DNA of 64,000 nucleotides from Bugula neritina (GCA_964035545.1 OZ037769.1:17204633-17268632), one strand, 5' to 3'; counted from the stretch's first letter, positions 11,101-26,814 are shown. The notes: generated by a model from the sequence alone, not told the origin. Numbers and translations: made by a program.

Positions 11101-14100
11101 AGAAAGCTAAGGAGCAGTCAGAATGCTGCCAGAGTTGTGAAGAGGCACTTGAAAAAGCTGAATTTCAATAATGACATGAAATTCGTAACAGATCACCCTG
11201 GTGTATTTGAACTGACATGGCCAGCAGAGTTCTCGAAGTCACATACAACAGCTATTTACATCATCATGGTTAGCTTAAATTTAATTCCTATATCAGTCTC
11301 TAATATATAGTTTGATATCTGCTGTAAATTTGCTTAAGGAGCATACACAACCAAAACTGAGTTACACTATAGTATTTGTTCTTGAATATATTTACCAAGA
11401 TAAGTAGATTTGCTAATTCATTAACAGTAAAATTATAATGATACAACAATTTTTCTTTTAGATGATTCAATCAATAACACAAGACACTACAACATGGTTT
11501 TGCAGTTATAGAGTATTAATTTTCTGGCTCTTTCCAAATCTTCATAGAAGGCAAAGAAAACCACTGTCAGCTTGCCTTTATAACTGAGTGCACGTGTCTT
11601 CCACCTACAGATGATGATAAACAATTTGCTGGTGTGGAACTTTCTAATTTTGTTTACAATGAAGATAGATTATAGGACATTATTCTTTATGTAAAGATTG
11701 TCAAGTTTTGTTATAATTGAGAACAGTTTTAGTTTCAATAAATCGGTTCAACATTATGGACATCATTGCACAAGCATTTTAATCTTTACTATCTACAAAG
11801 GTATCTGATGGACTACTTGAAAATACAAAACTATGCTCCAGATACACAATGAACTGACCAGCAAAGTTAAAATGAGTTGGAGATGTAGAACATAATATCT
11901 TGTTCAAGGCTTTTCCCTGCTGTTGGAACCTTCTACTTCAGAACACTGAATTGAACAAACATATGTAGATGTATGAAACTTTGCAAACAATAATAATGTG
12001 AAATTAGTTGCTAAGTATTACATTGCTAATAAATACAGCATTGTGTAATGTTTTATTTAATTTTTTTTGAGCCATTTGATCTATAGGCCTGCATAGTATT
12101 TACTATATTATAACTAATAAATTGCAGACACATTATGTCAGACCAGTTTCCATTTAAATAGAATCGTGTAGGCTATCAAATTTGTAGAAGTAAAAAACCG
12201 AATTCTTATTGAGTAAAATACTTGCCTTTTTTTTCATGATGCCTCTACTGCTAAAAAGAGAAGTTTTTATCAATACAGCTCCATCAATCTGTATCCTGAT
12301 GAAGCTAGTAGTTTAGGAACATTTGTGGCGGGGAGTGTAGGCTGAGCTGCAGTATAGGAAGAACCCCAACATATGTAATCTATTCAGCACATTATATGTA
12401 TATTTATTCAAAAAAGAATTTAGAAAATGCTTTATGAAGCATGAACAAAGTAAAAATTAATGCTGGTGAAAGTAATATTATTACACCCATTAGAATTACT
12501 AGCAGCTATAGCATTAAAATTATGTATTTTCATAAAAATGTGTCTAATTTATGCTACAAAGTTATTACTGCCAAAGGTTACAAAATTTACCAGTCACATT
12601 CATGCAGCTGGTGGAGAATAACTAACTTTCACATGCAATAAATACAATTAGTAGCTCAATCTAAAACTAATGCGCTATTAAATGTTGGGAGTATAAGTTA
12701 TAGTTATTCTAAGGAATAATTGCAAAAAAGTTACTTAGAGGAATTTAACTCTTATTATAATGTAATTATCTTCCAAGATATATTACAACATCACTACTTG
12801 GATGCATACAATGTCATATTTATATTGGCATCAACATAATTTTCAATAATTTCCAATCTATTAACTTGAGCATTATGATTGTGATTATTTTATAAATAAG
12901 GCGATGATTAGGCACTGTTGGTATTTTGGTTCAATTTATTAATAGCTGTAACAGGCAGAGTTGTAAATATAATGGATATATCAAAATTCCAATGGGTATA
13001 GTACTCTAACACAACATTGATACTAATAATTGTAGCCACTTACTCTTAGAGTTAGTGAATAATGATACAGTCATAACAATCTGAATTTCAATCAGCATTA
13101 GAGATAGGCTGACTGCTTTATAATATTATAGTTATGTCAAATTGAATTTATTCACTATAACTATAAAATTTATGATTATAATTATAAATTAAAATAATTT
13201 AAATATTATATAATATATTGATAATTATTGGACTCATAATTATATTTATTGTTATGATCATTATGATTATAATTATTTAATATTATCTTTGTTTGTATTT
13301 AAAGTTGTTCTTTAAATTTAAAGTTGTTTGAGTTTTATAAATTTATTATAATTATATTACTGTATAAGTATTGCTATTAGTATTAGTATAATTAAATTAT
13401 TATAATTTATATTTTATTATTTATATTATTATTTATTTTACTTTTTATTTTAAGACCAGCAGTTCAAATTAATACTTGTGTCGTTTGTTTTATATTATAA
13501 CTTACAAGTATAACTATTAACATAATAATTTTACATTTGTTATTAGTATTACTATGAATATAAATATTTATATTAATATAAATATAGCTATTGGTATAAC
13601 TTATACTTATAGTTATAACTAATATTATAAGTATTAGTTTCGAAACTGATTCTGCTCCGTAACTGATACTGTCATATGATTATCATTATGACTGATAATA
13701 GTATTAATAAATATAACCATTGAATATTATTAATAATAGTTCACCAATAGGCGACAGTCATAGACTTAGAGTGAGAGTCATAGACATAGTGATAGACTAG
13801 TGATACTCATAGTCATACTGATACTGTGATTCAGTTTCACTGATTCAGTTACAAATTTTAAAACTTGGTTTTACGTAGACAACTACTAACCTATAATTCA
13901 TCACAAAACGGTTGAAAATCATCATTTACTGCATATTTAAGAGTAATTTTCTGGTAGTGTGGTCGACATGATAATTGAAATTAAAATAGGGAAAATAATT
14001 ATTTTGTGATTTACAGCAAGTTACAAACTAGCGAAATGGAATAGTCCATTTGAAAACAGTCAAATTAGTTACCTTTCTTGATGTTGCGTAGCTAACGTTA

Positions 14101-15058
14101 GTTATTAGTAGCCGCCCGAAGAGTAACATTCATGTGATTTGAACTACGAATAACGAGAATCTGTGACAAACCCGCTTCTTAATAACTTTACGCGATATAA
14201 ACTCACGCTACAATAGGGCTATTTTGCCATCCCCACGTCAGAATAGGACACGGAGGGCACGCTCGCGGGCAAGTCTGGGCAAGTCCAAGACACCTAATAT
14301 GACCACTTTTACTTACATTTTTGTAGTGTTTTCGTATAAGAAATTGGATAAAATGCTGATAAAACAGTTGAAAAGCATGCAAACTTTTGCTCAAATGTAA
14401 TAAATAACCTGGAAGCTTACCGCCTTTAAGCAGTTAACCCAGTATGTTTTATAAAAGATGTGACAGTAAGCATGCTTACAGTTAAATGTGTTTAAATGTC
14501 ATGTGTAATTTTTAAATATATTTTATTAATGGTGAATGATAAAGAGTTGTGCATATAGATTAAACATTAACTGGTCATCCCTCATCAACAGCACCAGAAT
14601 GAATTATCAATTTCAGGAACATCTTCTATTTCATCCACATAAAAAACCACCCTATCCTAGTTTTATGTAATAATTATGAGGCTTGCACACAGGCAGTTGA
14701 ATGAGAAAGCCAGCTAATAAAACACAACACAACATATAGGCGATATTTTGTATACCCTGTAGCAAATCAGCAAGACAATGTGTTCCGGGTTTCAGGCTTC
14801 CTATAGAACTTGCCATTTTATTGTACAAAATACACAACTGCAAAGAACCAAGAGTATTAGTAATCAGGCTAGTACAACATTCACCATTATATGAAGACAA
14901 TCTGCAACATGACCACTTTACTTGTACAAATAGTTAGTGATTGGATGTTTTAATAGAGAAAGCCCATGTTGGGGTGGGAAATGCTAAATATAGAAAAAGG
15001 TAATCCCACCTCTAACAGATAATCGAATAAATGCTGTCAAAGATAGAATGGGTCGCCA

Positions 15059-18000
15059 TTACCGTCCTAATATAAGGTTAGATGTAAATAGTCCAGCGGA
15101 AAATGTAACAATAAATAAAAAGAATAATAAGACGACGTTACTGGTGTCGTGAAACAATAGGGATACGCCACTGGGCATTGAGCTCTTCTGTAGCTGCTGA
15201 GACTGAGACGAAGATGTCATTGTATCCGACATTGCCAGCTTCCGCATCCGCTCATTGTCTTTCTACAATATGATTACATGACAAGTGTACCTTTGCAATA
15301 CCACACTGCTAAGTGTACCTATACAATACTATACTACCTAGTGTACCTATATATACTATACTACCTAGTGTGCCTGTACAGTACTCGACTGCCAAGTGTA
15401 CCTATACAATACTATACTACCAAGTGTACCTATGTAACACTTACTCTAAGAGAGGATATTTCATCTAGCAGTCGTTTAGTTTCTAGCTTAACTCTACTCA
15501 ACGCCTCGTCATCAACTGAAGACCCTCCAGATGCAGCCTGTTTCAACTTCTCACTGTCCATCTGAAAGAGACACTCAACTATAAATGGGATACTTTAGCT
15601 GAACAGTAAATGTGACAGCATCAAGAGTTGGGTCAAGGTCATGTCTCAATGCATTCTATTCACGTCTCCATTCACCAGGTGTGCGAGACAAAACAAGACA
15701 GGAATTTCAGGTGAAGCACATGCAGCGCTGCAAGTAGACTACCTGACAGCCACCTGGGTACTATCTGACAGCCACCTGGGTACTACCTGACAGCCACCTG
15801 GGTACTACCTGACAGCCACCTGGGTACCACCTTCCAGCAAGCTAAGCACATCTAGTGTATAAAGTAGTGTAATACACTGCGTAGAGTAGTGTAGAAGAGT
15901 ATGTAGAGTATAGTGTGTAGAGTAGCGTAGTGAGTAGTGTAGTGTAGAAGAGTATGTAGAGTATAGTGTGTAGAGTAGCGTAGTAGAGTAGTGTATGCTA
16001 TGTAATGCTAGTATGTAGAGTAGTAGAGTAGCGTATGCTATGTAATGCTATTACCTCACGAATGTTACTCCGCAGCAACATGCTTGTGCCCATCTAACAA
16101 TGAACACGACAGAAGACTCTCAACAACCAATGAGAATCTCTCTAATCAAAATACTCTCATGACTTTCAGCAACTTCCGGGACCCAGAAATCATTACAAAA
16201 CTTTACTAAGCAGGACATAATCAGCAAGGAAGTTCGTTGAGAAAGCAGGCAGTGTGAACACAGAGCAACTGCATGAGTAGTAATACGGTGGAGGAGTAGT
16301 AATACAGTAGAGGAGTAGTAATACAGTAGAGGAGTAGTAATACGGTAGAGGAGTAGTAATACAGTAGAGGAGTAGTAATACAGTAGAGGAGTAGTAATAC
16401 GGTAGAGGAGTAGTAATACAGTAGAGGAGTAGTAATACAGTAGAGGAGTAGTAATACGGTAGAGGAGTAGTAATACAGTAGAGGAGTAGTAATACGGTAG
16501 AGGAGTAGTAATACGGTGGAGGAGTAGTAATACGGTAGAGGAGTAGTAATACAGTAGAGGAGTAGTAATACAGTAGAGGAGTAGTAATACAGTAGAGGAG
16601 TAGTAATACGGTAGAGGAGTAGTAATACAGTAGAGGAGTAGTAATACGGTAGAGGAGTAGTAATACAGTAGAGGAGTAGTAATACGGTAGAGGAGTAGTA
16701 ATACGGTGGAGGAGTAGTAATACAGACCTTGACATTGGCTTTCTGAGGAGTCATCTGCACATGGTCACCTGTTGAATCAAGGTCATTGAGTGGAGCAGCA
16801 GGTTGAGCAGGCGACTCCTACAAAAGAACCTGGTATACAGTGCACAGAATACAACATATATAATTCACAGTATAGAGTGTGTACAGTTAGATATCTACAA
16901 GTGCATAACTACCAGCATATCTCATCAGATTATCAACCAAACATTATAGGAATTTCAGTTAATTCTGTAGAGTGAAGAGCTTTTATTACAGCATAGTTCT
17001 AACTTACACTTACTGCTCTACTAACTTACACTTACTGCTCTACTAACTTACACTTACTGCTCTACTAACTTACACTTACTGCTATACTAACTTACACTTA
17101 CTGCTCTACTAACTCTTACTGCTCTACTAACTTACACTTACTGCTCTACTAACTTACACTTACTGCTCTACTAACTTACACTTACTGCTCTACTAACTTA
17201 CACTTACTGCTCTACTAACTTACACTTACTGCTCTACTAACTTACACTTACTGCTCTACTAACTTACACTTACAGCTCCACTAACTTACACTTACTGCTC
17301 TACTAACTTACACTTACTGCTCTACTAACTTACACTTACTGCTCTACTAACTTACACTTACAGCTCCACTAACTTACACTTACTGCTATACTAACTTACA
17401 CTTACTCCTCTACTAACTTACACTTACTGCTCTACTAACTTACACTTACTGCTCTACTAACTTACACTTACAGCTCCACTAACTTACACTTACTGCTCTA
17501 CTAACTTACACTTACTGCTCTACTAACTTACACTTACTGCTCTACTAACTTACACTTACAGCTCTATTAACTTACACTTACTGCTCTACTAACTTACACT
17601 TACTCCTCTACTAACTTACACTTACTGCTCTACTAACTTACACTTACTGCTCTACTAACTTACACTTACTGCTCTACTAACTTACACTTACTGCTCTACT
17701 AACTTACACTTACAGCTCTACTAACTTACACTTACTGCTCTACTAACTTACACTTACTGCTCTACTAACTTACACTTACTGCTCTACTAACTTACACTTA
17801 CTGCTCTACTAACTTACACTTACTGCTCTACTAACTTACACTTACTGCTCTACTAACTTACACTTACAGCTCTACTAACTTACACTTACTGCTATACTAA
17901 CTTACACTTACTGCTATACTAACTTACACTTACTGCTATACTAACTTACACTTACTGCCACAGTGCTGTCCATATTGAATACAACCCTAAGTTTTGTATC

Positions 18001-20496
18001 CATCAGTTGACTGGGTTCTGCAGCCTTCCACTAAAAACAAAGACAGAGAAACTGAGGCTACGGAGAGAAGGCCAAGAGGTACTGAGTTGTATAGACACAC
18101 CAAAGGTTCACAATGCAAACCAACACTAGCATAGTGTGTATTATAACACAAACCAAACACTCAACGCATGACTTGCAGTTATATATCTCATGTGGAATAT
18201 TCTTGATTTTGTGGGTTTAATCAATAAACTTTGTGGTACATGTGAGTATAGAAAGTTCTTCAACTGCATTTTGGTTGGGATATTCCCTGTTGATATCTAT
18301 GCCTGTCTAGAAATATGACAAGCAAACAAGAATAACAACAAAAGACAATTATTACTAATTCATTGCGTACCACATCTTTCTCATCAACGTCACCGGCCAT
18401 TACGAGAGACTGAATCATAAACTTATGCTTCGTCTTCTCCAGTGGATCGTACTCAAAGGGCTGCAGCATGACTACAACCAGCAGATAAACCAATATAAAG
18501 TAACAGTGAGTAGTACATAGTGACAGGAGTACATAGTGACAGAGTACTAGTGAGTAGTACATAGTGAGAGAGTACTAGTGAGTAGTACATAGTGAGAGAG
18601 TACTAGTGAGTAGTACATAGTGAGAGAGTAATAGTGAGTGACAGAGTACATAGTGACAGAGTACTAGTGACTACTACATAGTGAGAGAGTACTAGTGACT
18701 ACTACATAGTGACTGAGTGTGAGAGTAATACCTACCTGATACTGTAACTGACTCATTATGATCGAGTACTCCACTGTTTGGTCGTACACAATATCTTTTG
18801 GGAGCAGTTGTCTTAACTTTAAAGGCTACACGACTATCAGTGGGGTTTTGTAAGATGAGGTTTGAAGTAACTACTTCAGTAAATGGTCCTACAACAAAGA
18901 GCAGTTCAATAAAAAACACCCATTTGTAAACATTGATCAACAACATCATAACAATTAAAAATTAGTTACAAAACAGCTTTTCAGTGTGGTAGCAAAGCTT
19001 AAATCTTGAGTCACAGCAATGAGTGGTTTGTTTTGTTTAGTACTCAATGCTAAAGTTAATAACATTATTCTTTAAGAGAACGCATGCCCCAACTGATACT
19101 ATTACAGTTCTACTAGTACAGAGTACTATTACTATTAGTATTACTATTACCACTACATTCGGTCATTATGATTACATTAACATTTAGTAGCACTAAGGGC
19201 AAGTTTGCCAGCGACAGTCCTCACCAGTGCAAGTTTCATGGAGTCAGAGTGACCACCACCGTCCGATTGAAATTCAAACTATGTCTAATTACTGTCTTAG
19301 TCTAATGCTGATTAAAAAAAATTTAATAAAATTTTTTACTTATAGTAGGTACATCAAGTATCCTTTAGCCCCGCCTACTTTCGCAAAATCGAGTGGCATC
19401 GATAGCCCGGGTCCAATCTGGGGAGCATACAGCGTAGAAAACCTGTTTAGACCTCTTTTTGATTTGCTAATAACTTCTAGTATAGTTTATGCAGAGAAAA
19501 TTTGAAGATATCATTGTGAAGCAGAGCCTTATATTAAACTGATTTTATGATCACGAACCCCTTCAAATCATCTGCCCCTTGTAGTAAGTAGTGTTGAAGT
19601 ATATTAAAAATCCATTTTTTTCAATCGATAATTTAAGTTATAATTTGTGACAGATATGTAAAATGAATATATTTTAATACCATCTCTAAAGGTTTTCTAT
19701 CAATTGAAGTATTAATATGATGATATTATGCTTTAGCTATTTAGTTATAATGATTTAAGTCGATGGCTATGCTCGAGACTTGTAGATTTTTGAGATAGCC
19801 ATTACGCTATTGTTGCTGAACGCATGAAAATAAGTGGGTTCGCTAACGCATTCATGGCGTGAAGATTTAACTGACCGGGTAACTGGTTGAACATCATAAA
19901 TTTACAAGTTAATATCTGCACTGGTAGTTGATCTTGCCTCTTGAGAGTGCATTGAAGCTCACTCAAATTTTTTTGTCTACCGATCTAACCTAATATATAA
20001 ACTGTAAAGCGTTACTTGAAAATTATCATTTGATGTACCTACTTATAGGTATAAATTAAAATATAATCACTATAAGTATATTTATAATTTATAAATATCC
20101 ATTTCTATTAATTATAGCAATATTCGGATAATTATATTATAATTTATAAATTTAAATATAATGTATTAAATTTAATTATTAAAATTTAAACGAAATTTTA
20201 TTTGTTTAATTTATAATTAATATTATATTATAATAATTTTTAAAATTAGATTTACATTTAGTGATCTACTCGTACTGATTCAGTGATTGCCACTAACTTC
20301 TTTTCCATCAGTAGTTTTTAAATCAAGTTTGTATTTCACTTGAACGTGACTGTTGGACTTGAAGTTGTCAGTTGTATTCTAAATCTATTCAACCGGTCGC
20401 ACTCTCACTCTCAGTCTGAGTCTCACTCTTACCTTTAAACTCTAGAGCTTCAGGAGGATCAATTTTCAAAACTTGCGAAAGCCTTGGACTTGGCAT
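15059..20496 (-). CDS. VAP: Vesicle-associated membrane protein-associated protein (VAP-A/B family), ~280 aa
   Basis: Exons 20433-20496, 18736-18888, 18371-18471, 17956-18030, 16728-16817, 16055-16093, 15445-15561, 15059-15262. MSP domain signature [18 protein letters not shown] and KHKFMIQS, a coiled coil, and a C-terminal TM anchor. Confidence 0.95.
15740..15830. repeat. Intronic 22-bp repeat (ctacctgacagccacctgggta x4)
   Basis: Direct tandem copies in a VAP intron. Confidence 0.9.
16275..16725. repeat. Intronic 19-bp minisatellite (gagtagtaatacagtagag, ~23 copies)
   Basis: Begins immediately after the VAP donor at 16727. Confidence 0.95.
16999..17958 (-). repeat. 22-bp minisatellite built from the VAP exon-4 splice donor (~43 copies)
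   Basis: Minus-strand unit gtaagtgtaagttagtagagca; the first copy is the real GCA|gtaagt donor at 17956/17955. Confidence 0.95.
18505..18718. repeat. Intronic ~28-bp minisatellite (agtactagtgagtagtacatagtgagag)
   Basis: Fills most of VAP intron 2. Confidence 0.85.
19344..20043. mobile_element. Non-autonomous DNA transposon / MITE (700 bp) in VAP intron 1
   Basis: Perfect 14-bp TIRs AGTAGGTACATCAA ... TTGATGTACCTACT flanked by TAT direct repeats (alternatively a 13-bp TIR with TTATA TSD). No transposase ORF. Confidence 0.75.
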
Positions 20497-21063
20497 CGCT
20501 ATTTTTAAGTATAGGCAATTTAATTAACTAAACACACAATAATGCCAAATCATGTATTAAAAAAGAATTGAAATTAACTATGAATTTCAGAATCAGAAGA
20601 TCATTATCATCATGATAAAGGTACGAAGATGTTACAAAGGTTGAAAATTGACGGAAGTGGGTGGCGGACACTGCTGCAGCAAACTCTATGTTTCAAATGC
20701 AAAACATTGTATTTTATTTTTAAAAAAAATATTGATAGTCTAAAAAAACTTTTTAATTTAATTAAATTAAATAAATTAAAAAACAAAAAATAATGTTTTG
20801 TCTTTTTTCAACCCTAGCCTGTGAAGAACTCTTATTGATCTGATCGAAGAAAAGTTATATGGACAAAATAAAACATTGCGATGCGTTACATGCGTTTCTC
20901 AAATCCTCTAAAATATTACTAGGGTCAAGGTTGCTGTCAATAGATATTTGTCATCAAACTTGTTCAAAGTGTTATCACCTTCACTATGAGTATGAGTATA
21001 TCTATGAGTACATCAATGCAATAACTAGTGTGTTGTATCTATACTCTACTTAAATTCTTTAAA
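20497..21063. promoter_or_regulatory. Probable bidirectional promoter between VAP and the SEL1-repeat gene
   Basis: Head-to-head ATGs 568 bp apart; ETS-like cggaagt followed by GC-rich gggtggcgg at ~20652-20667. Confidence 0.55.
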
Positions 21064-22681
21064 ATGAGAAATCGAAAATCTGTACAAGAATTTTCTTCGG
21101 ACAATTATTATAAAAATAATGTTTCGCTCTTATCTAAAGCGAAGCAATATGCACTCTCATCTTCATCTTGGACAAAAAAGTCAAACTCAAAGCCGCTAAA
21201 AGTAAAAGGAAGCATCTGTTCGCTAAAGCTTTGGGAGGTATTATTGATTTGATTTAGTTCATTTTTGTTTCGTATATGTTAACCTATCTGCTGTATTAAA
21301 GCGTGATGAATTTATTGCTATATGAAATTGAATATAAATTAAAAAGAGAATGTGTTCTGCATATTTTAATCTTTGATACAATATGCATTAGCATGTCTTT
21401 TACTAGTTTAGTTTTTACTACAGCCTCATTCTTATTCTCATTGTTGTATCAACAATATTTGTTTTTCAACGATCATAAAATATAGTTTAAGTAATAGGTA
21501 TGAGCATCACAAAAAAGTTTAAGCAATAAGTGCTATGTTTTGAAACCGGGGTGTTGTCATAGTTGTGATTATACGCTTTAGTCTCTAAGAGAATGGTGTA
21601 ACCTGAAGAACTATGCTTAGGACTAATAAGAGCCATGTTTTATTTACCTTGCAAGTATATCACTGTTAATTTTGTTCTAGATTGCCATGCTGTTTGGAGT
21701 TTTTATATTTGCATGCTATGCCTATTGGTACTTTGATCATTTCAACTTCCACGTGGTACGCATGTATGCCTTGGCAGGGTATGATGAGGCTCAACATAAG
21801 GTTGGACAGTATTACATGCAAGGTGTGTCCTCATTTCTTAGCTAGGCTGTAAAATGTTGCATTTACCTGCTCTTGCTAATTGTAACTCTTGAAATATAGT
21901 TATTCTATTTTTTTTAAATTAATCAAAATAAATGGGTTTTTAGAACTTTTATTAAGTGTGTTTAATTTAGGTAAAGGAGTAGACAAACATCCAGCAAAAG
22001 GAATGGAATATTTTAGGTGAGCGTACATATAGTGTTTATAGTAACTGCATCAGAACATATATACAAGTAGGAATAAGAAAGTTTAAATTGTGACATAATA
22101 TTTTGCCTAATTTAGACTAGCCTCAGATCAAGGACACGCTGGTGCCAGCCATAACCTAGCCTTGGGTCACATTATGAGACACGTCAAGTTGAAAAAAGGG
22201 TTCGTGCATACATTATAATTATATATAGCCATATTGATGTACTGATGAATTTATAAAACAGAATTTACATTATTACTGCCAGTGAATGGTAGAGTAGGCC
22301 CTCGGCTTGTTGAACACTAAAGCTGAAGTGAAGCTGCAATCAGGAGATTTTGTCTCTTGTTACAAAGGTTTAGCTTAAGCTCTTTTTGTGTATACATAGC
22401 TCTGGTTCTTAGTCTATACATAGCTCAGGTTCTTCATGTATACATAGCTCAGGTTCCTAACTTTTCATAAACATACTGTGGTGGTTTCTTTGATTTCAAC
22501 TGAAGGTGCTGTATTATCAATACTTCTTAAGAAGTGACTTGTATAAACATTCTCTAGACTTCTGGCTCTTTGTTGTAGGGAAGCAAGAAATTTACTAAAC
22601 CACGCTCATCGTAATGGAATTCCACAGGCGGCCATTGCTATTGAGAAATACTGCGACGGACACCGCAGGTGTTCTGATTAG
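21064..22681 (+). CDS. Single-pass membrane protein with SEL1-like repeats (~182 aa)
   Basis: Exons 21064-21237, 21681-21822, 21971-22016, 22116-22199, 22579-22681, all phase-consistent. TM IAMLFGVFIFACYAYWYF, then AGYDEAQHKVGQYYMQGKGVDKHPAKGMEYFRLASDQGHAGASHNLALGH (SEL1 consensus). Confidence 0.85.
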
Positions 22682-24761
22682 CCAATCAGCATAACTACAA
22701 TATATGTTATATGAATGTTTTCATATACCTGACTGTTACTAACGCATGCACATGCAGCACATCTAATGGCACGCATTTCTCATTGAATTCTCAATACAAA
22801 TTGTTGGTTCACCCTTAAAATTATTTCATATTCACAATGAAATTTTTGCTACATTGGATGATTATTCTATCATAGTCTGAAATCTCATTTTTTAGTTTTA
22901 ACCAATATTAAAATTTATTGTATTTACTGCATTTATATGTTTATTACATATATTACATTATATATTTTGTAAGATTTATTTTAGTCGTCATTAAGAGACT
23001 ATTTATATATGTACTCTGACGTAGTTTATTGTGATATTTTTATGATCATAAAATCAATCATTTTTACTATTATCTACATTGTTTGTATATTTCAGTTTAC
23101 ATGAATTTGCTGACTTTCTCTGTGCAATAATAATGTTTGCTTGATGCACGAATCGTTGTGATAACTTATTATATATAATTTATACTATTATTATATAAAT
23201 ATTTTACTTATAATATACAAATAATATACATGTATACTTATCTTGTGCAATTGTTGTTCAAGTATATATAATATAATATTGTATTGTGAGAACATATAAC
23301 TTCTTTCACTACATTTTCTATTTAGAGCACAAGCTTTGGCTAATTAATTTTTCCATAACGCCTCACCTACTTCAAGACAAGTGTGGATCTGCAGTTTATA
23401 GATATTAGTTATAACTTGTTATACACCCTTATACAGCATTTTATTAGCTATCACAAGTCACAACAACATTAAAAAACTAAAATATAAATGTCAAACAGCC
23501 AAATGTCATATAATCACTGTTGGTGTACCTCCTAAATTGGAATGTTTGTTTCTTTTTGCGTTTAATTGCTCTTGAAATTTTGTAACTGTTTATGTACTAG
23601 TACTACATACATGTAGAACTATACAATGTTATATAATGTGAAATGCAGTAGGTTTGACGGAGTTGTGCTTTCTTACTTTATGAACCGCGTAGGACCGTTC
23701 AATTGCGTATTGGTAGAGACAAGATTGCTTGACCACAGATGACAAATAGGAAGAACACAACTTGAACTTGACGTGGCAAACCCATATGAAGTCATTGACA
23801 AAGCTTTTAGTTTTGTTTTGATTCAATTTTCTTGTTTATTGTATACTAGATTTACACAAATTTTATTTCCGAAATAATTCTATACCAATTGTTTTACCCC
23901 ACTATACCATTATCATTAGTCTTTAAAGGTAGAACTAGGTATAATTATGATTATTGATTATCATTATGATTATGACTATGAGAATGAGTTTGTGACTTTC
24001 ACTTTCAAGTGACTGTCTTTAAGTTTAGGTTAAGGTTTAATTTTATCATAATGATAATGATTAATGATAATCATTATCGTAATGATTATCATTGTTTGTT
24101 ATCAATATAATCATCAGTTTGATTCATAAATTATTACTATCTTGAAATTGATTACCAATATAAATATTACATTTAGTTTTACTAAAGTAAAACTAAATGT
24201 AAAAGTAATTTACATTTAGTTTAAGTTTTATTATCATTATCATTTTGTTATGACCATCATGATCACTATCAGTACGATTATCAGTATCAATATAAATTAC
24301 TTTGATATTCAGAACGATTATCATTATGATTGTAAGTACTACTAGTACTAGTAGTACTAGTAGAGTAGTATTAGTAGTAGTAGTACTCTACTAGTAGTAC
24401 TAACAGTAACTGTAAGATTGAATTTAACAGTAACCCACAGTGACAGTCAATTAATATTACTATTACTTTTAGAGTTGGTCTTAGTGGCTTGGTCCTAAAG
24501 TTAGAGTTAGTATTACTATTACTATTGCCATTGACTTTCACTTTGAGTCTTGCTCTTAGACTTAACTCTTTAAGTTTACCTAAGAGTTAAATTTAAAATG
24601 TTACACTTGTACAGTTGTAGTTGGACTTGATAGAACTAGAAGTGTTACTAATTAAGTTAGACTTAGACTAAGTCACTTATGGTTATACTCTCGGTGTTAT
24701 ACTTATTGTCTTACTGGGCTCTTGACTGTGAATCAGTTCTTGTGTTGGTTATTGTAAAATA

Positions 24762-25232
24762 GCATATAGTCATATAGTAACATAGCATATAGTAATATAA
24801 CATATAGTCATATAGTAACATAGCATATAGTAATATAACATATAGTCATATAGTAACATAGCATATAGTAATATAACATATAGTCATATAGTAACATAGC
24901 ATATAGTAATATAACATATAGTAACATAGCATATAGTAATATAACATATAGTAACATAGCATATAGTAATATAACATATAGTAACATAGCATATAGTAAT
25001 ATAACATATAGTCATATAGTAACATAGCATATAGTAATATAACATATAGTAACATAGCATATAGTAATATAACATATAGTAACATAGCATATAGTAATAT
25101 AACATATAGTCATATAATAACATAGCATATAGTAATATAACATATAGTCATATAGTAACATAGCATATAGTAATATAACATATAGTCATATAGTAACATA
25201 GCATATAGTAATATAACATATACTCATATAGT
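24762..25232. repeat. 30/38-bp minisatellite (catatagtaacatagcatatagtaatataa)
   Basis: Tandem copies upstream of the ARF ATG, probably in a 5' UTR intron. Confidence 0.95.
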
Positions 25233-25449
25233 ATAAGGATTATCTATACATTTACTGTACTTTTATAACCTCTGGCTATTAGTAAATGTATTTCTGCAGG
25301 TGTATAATGCAGCACATTCTAACAGAGCTCATATTCGTAGCTGTACTACTCAGTGTAGCATGCCCATACTTATTCAACAGCGTATGCAATATTTATTCAG
25401 ATATTTTTTAATTAAATAAACATTACTTTTGCAGATATCATTTGGCGGT

Positions 25450-26814
<1,365 letters not shown>

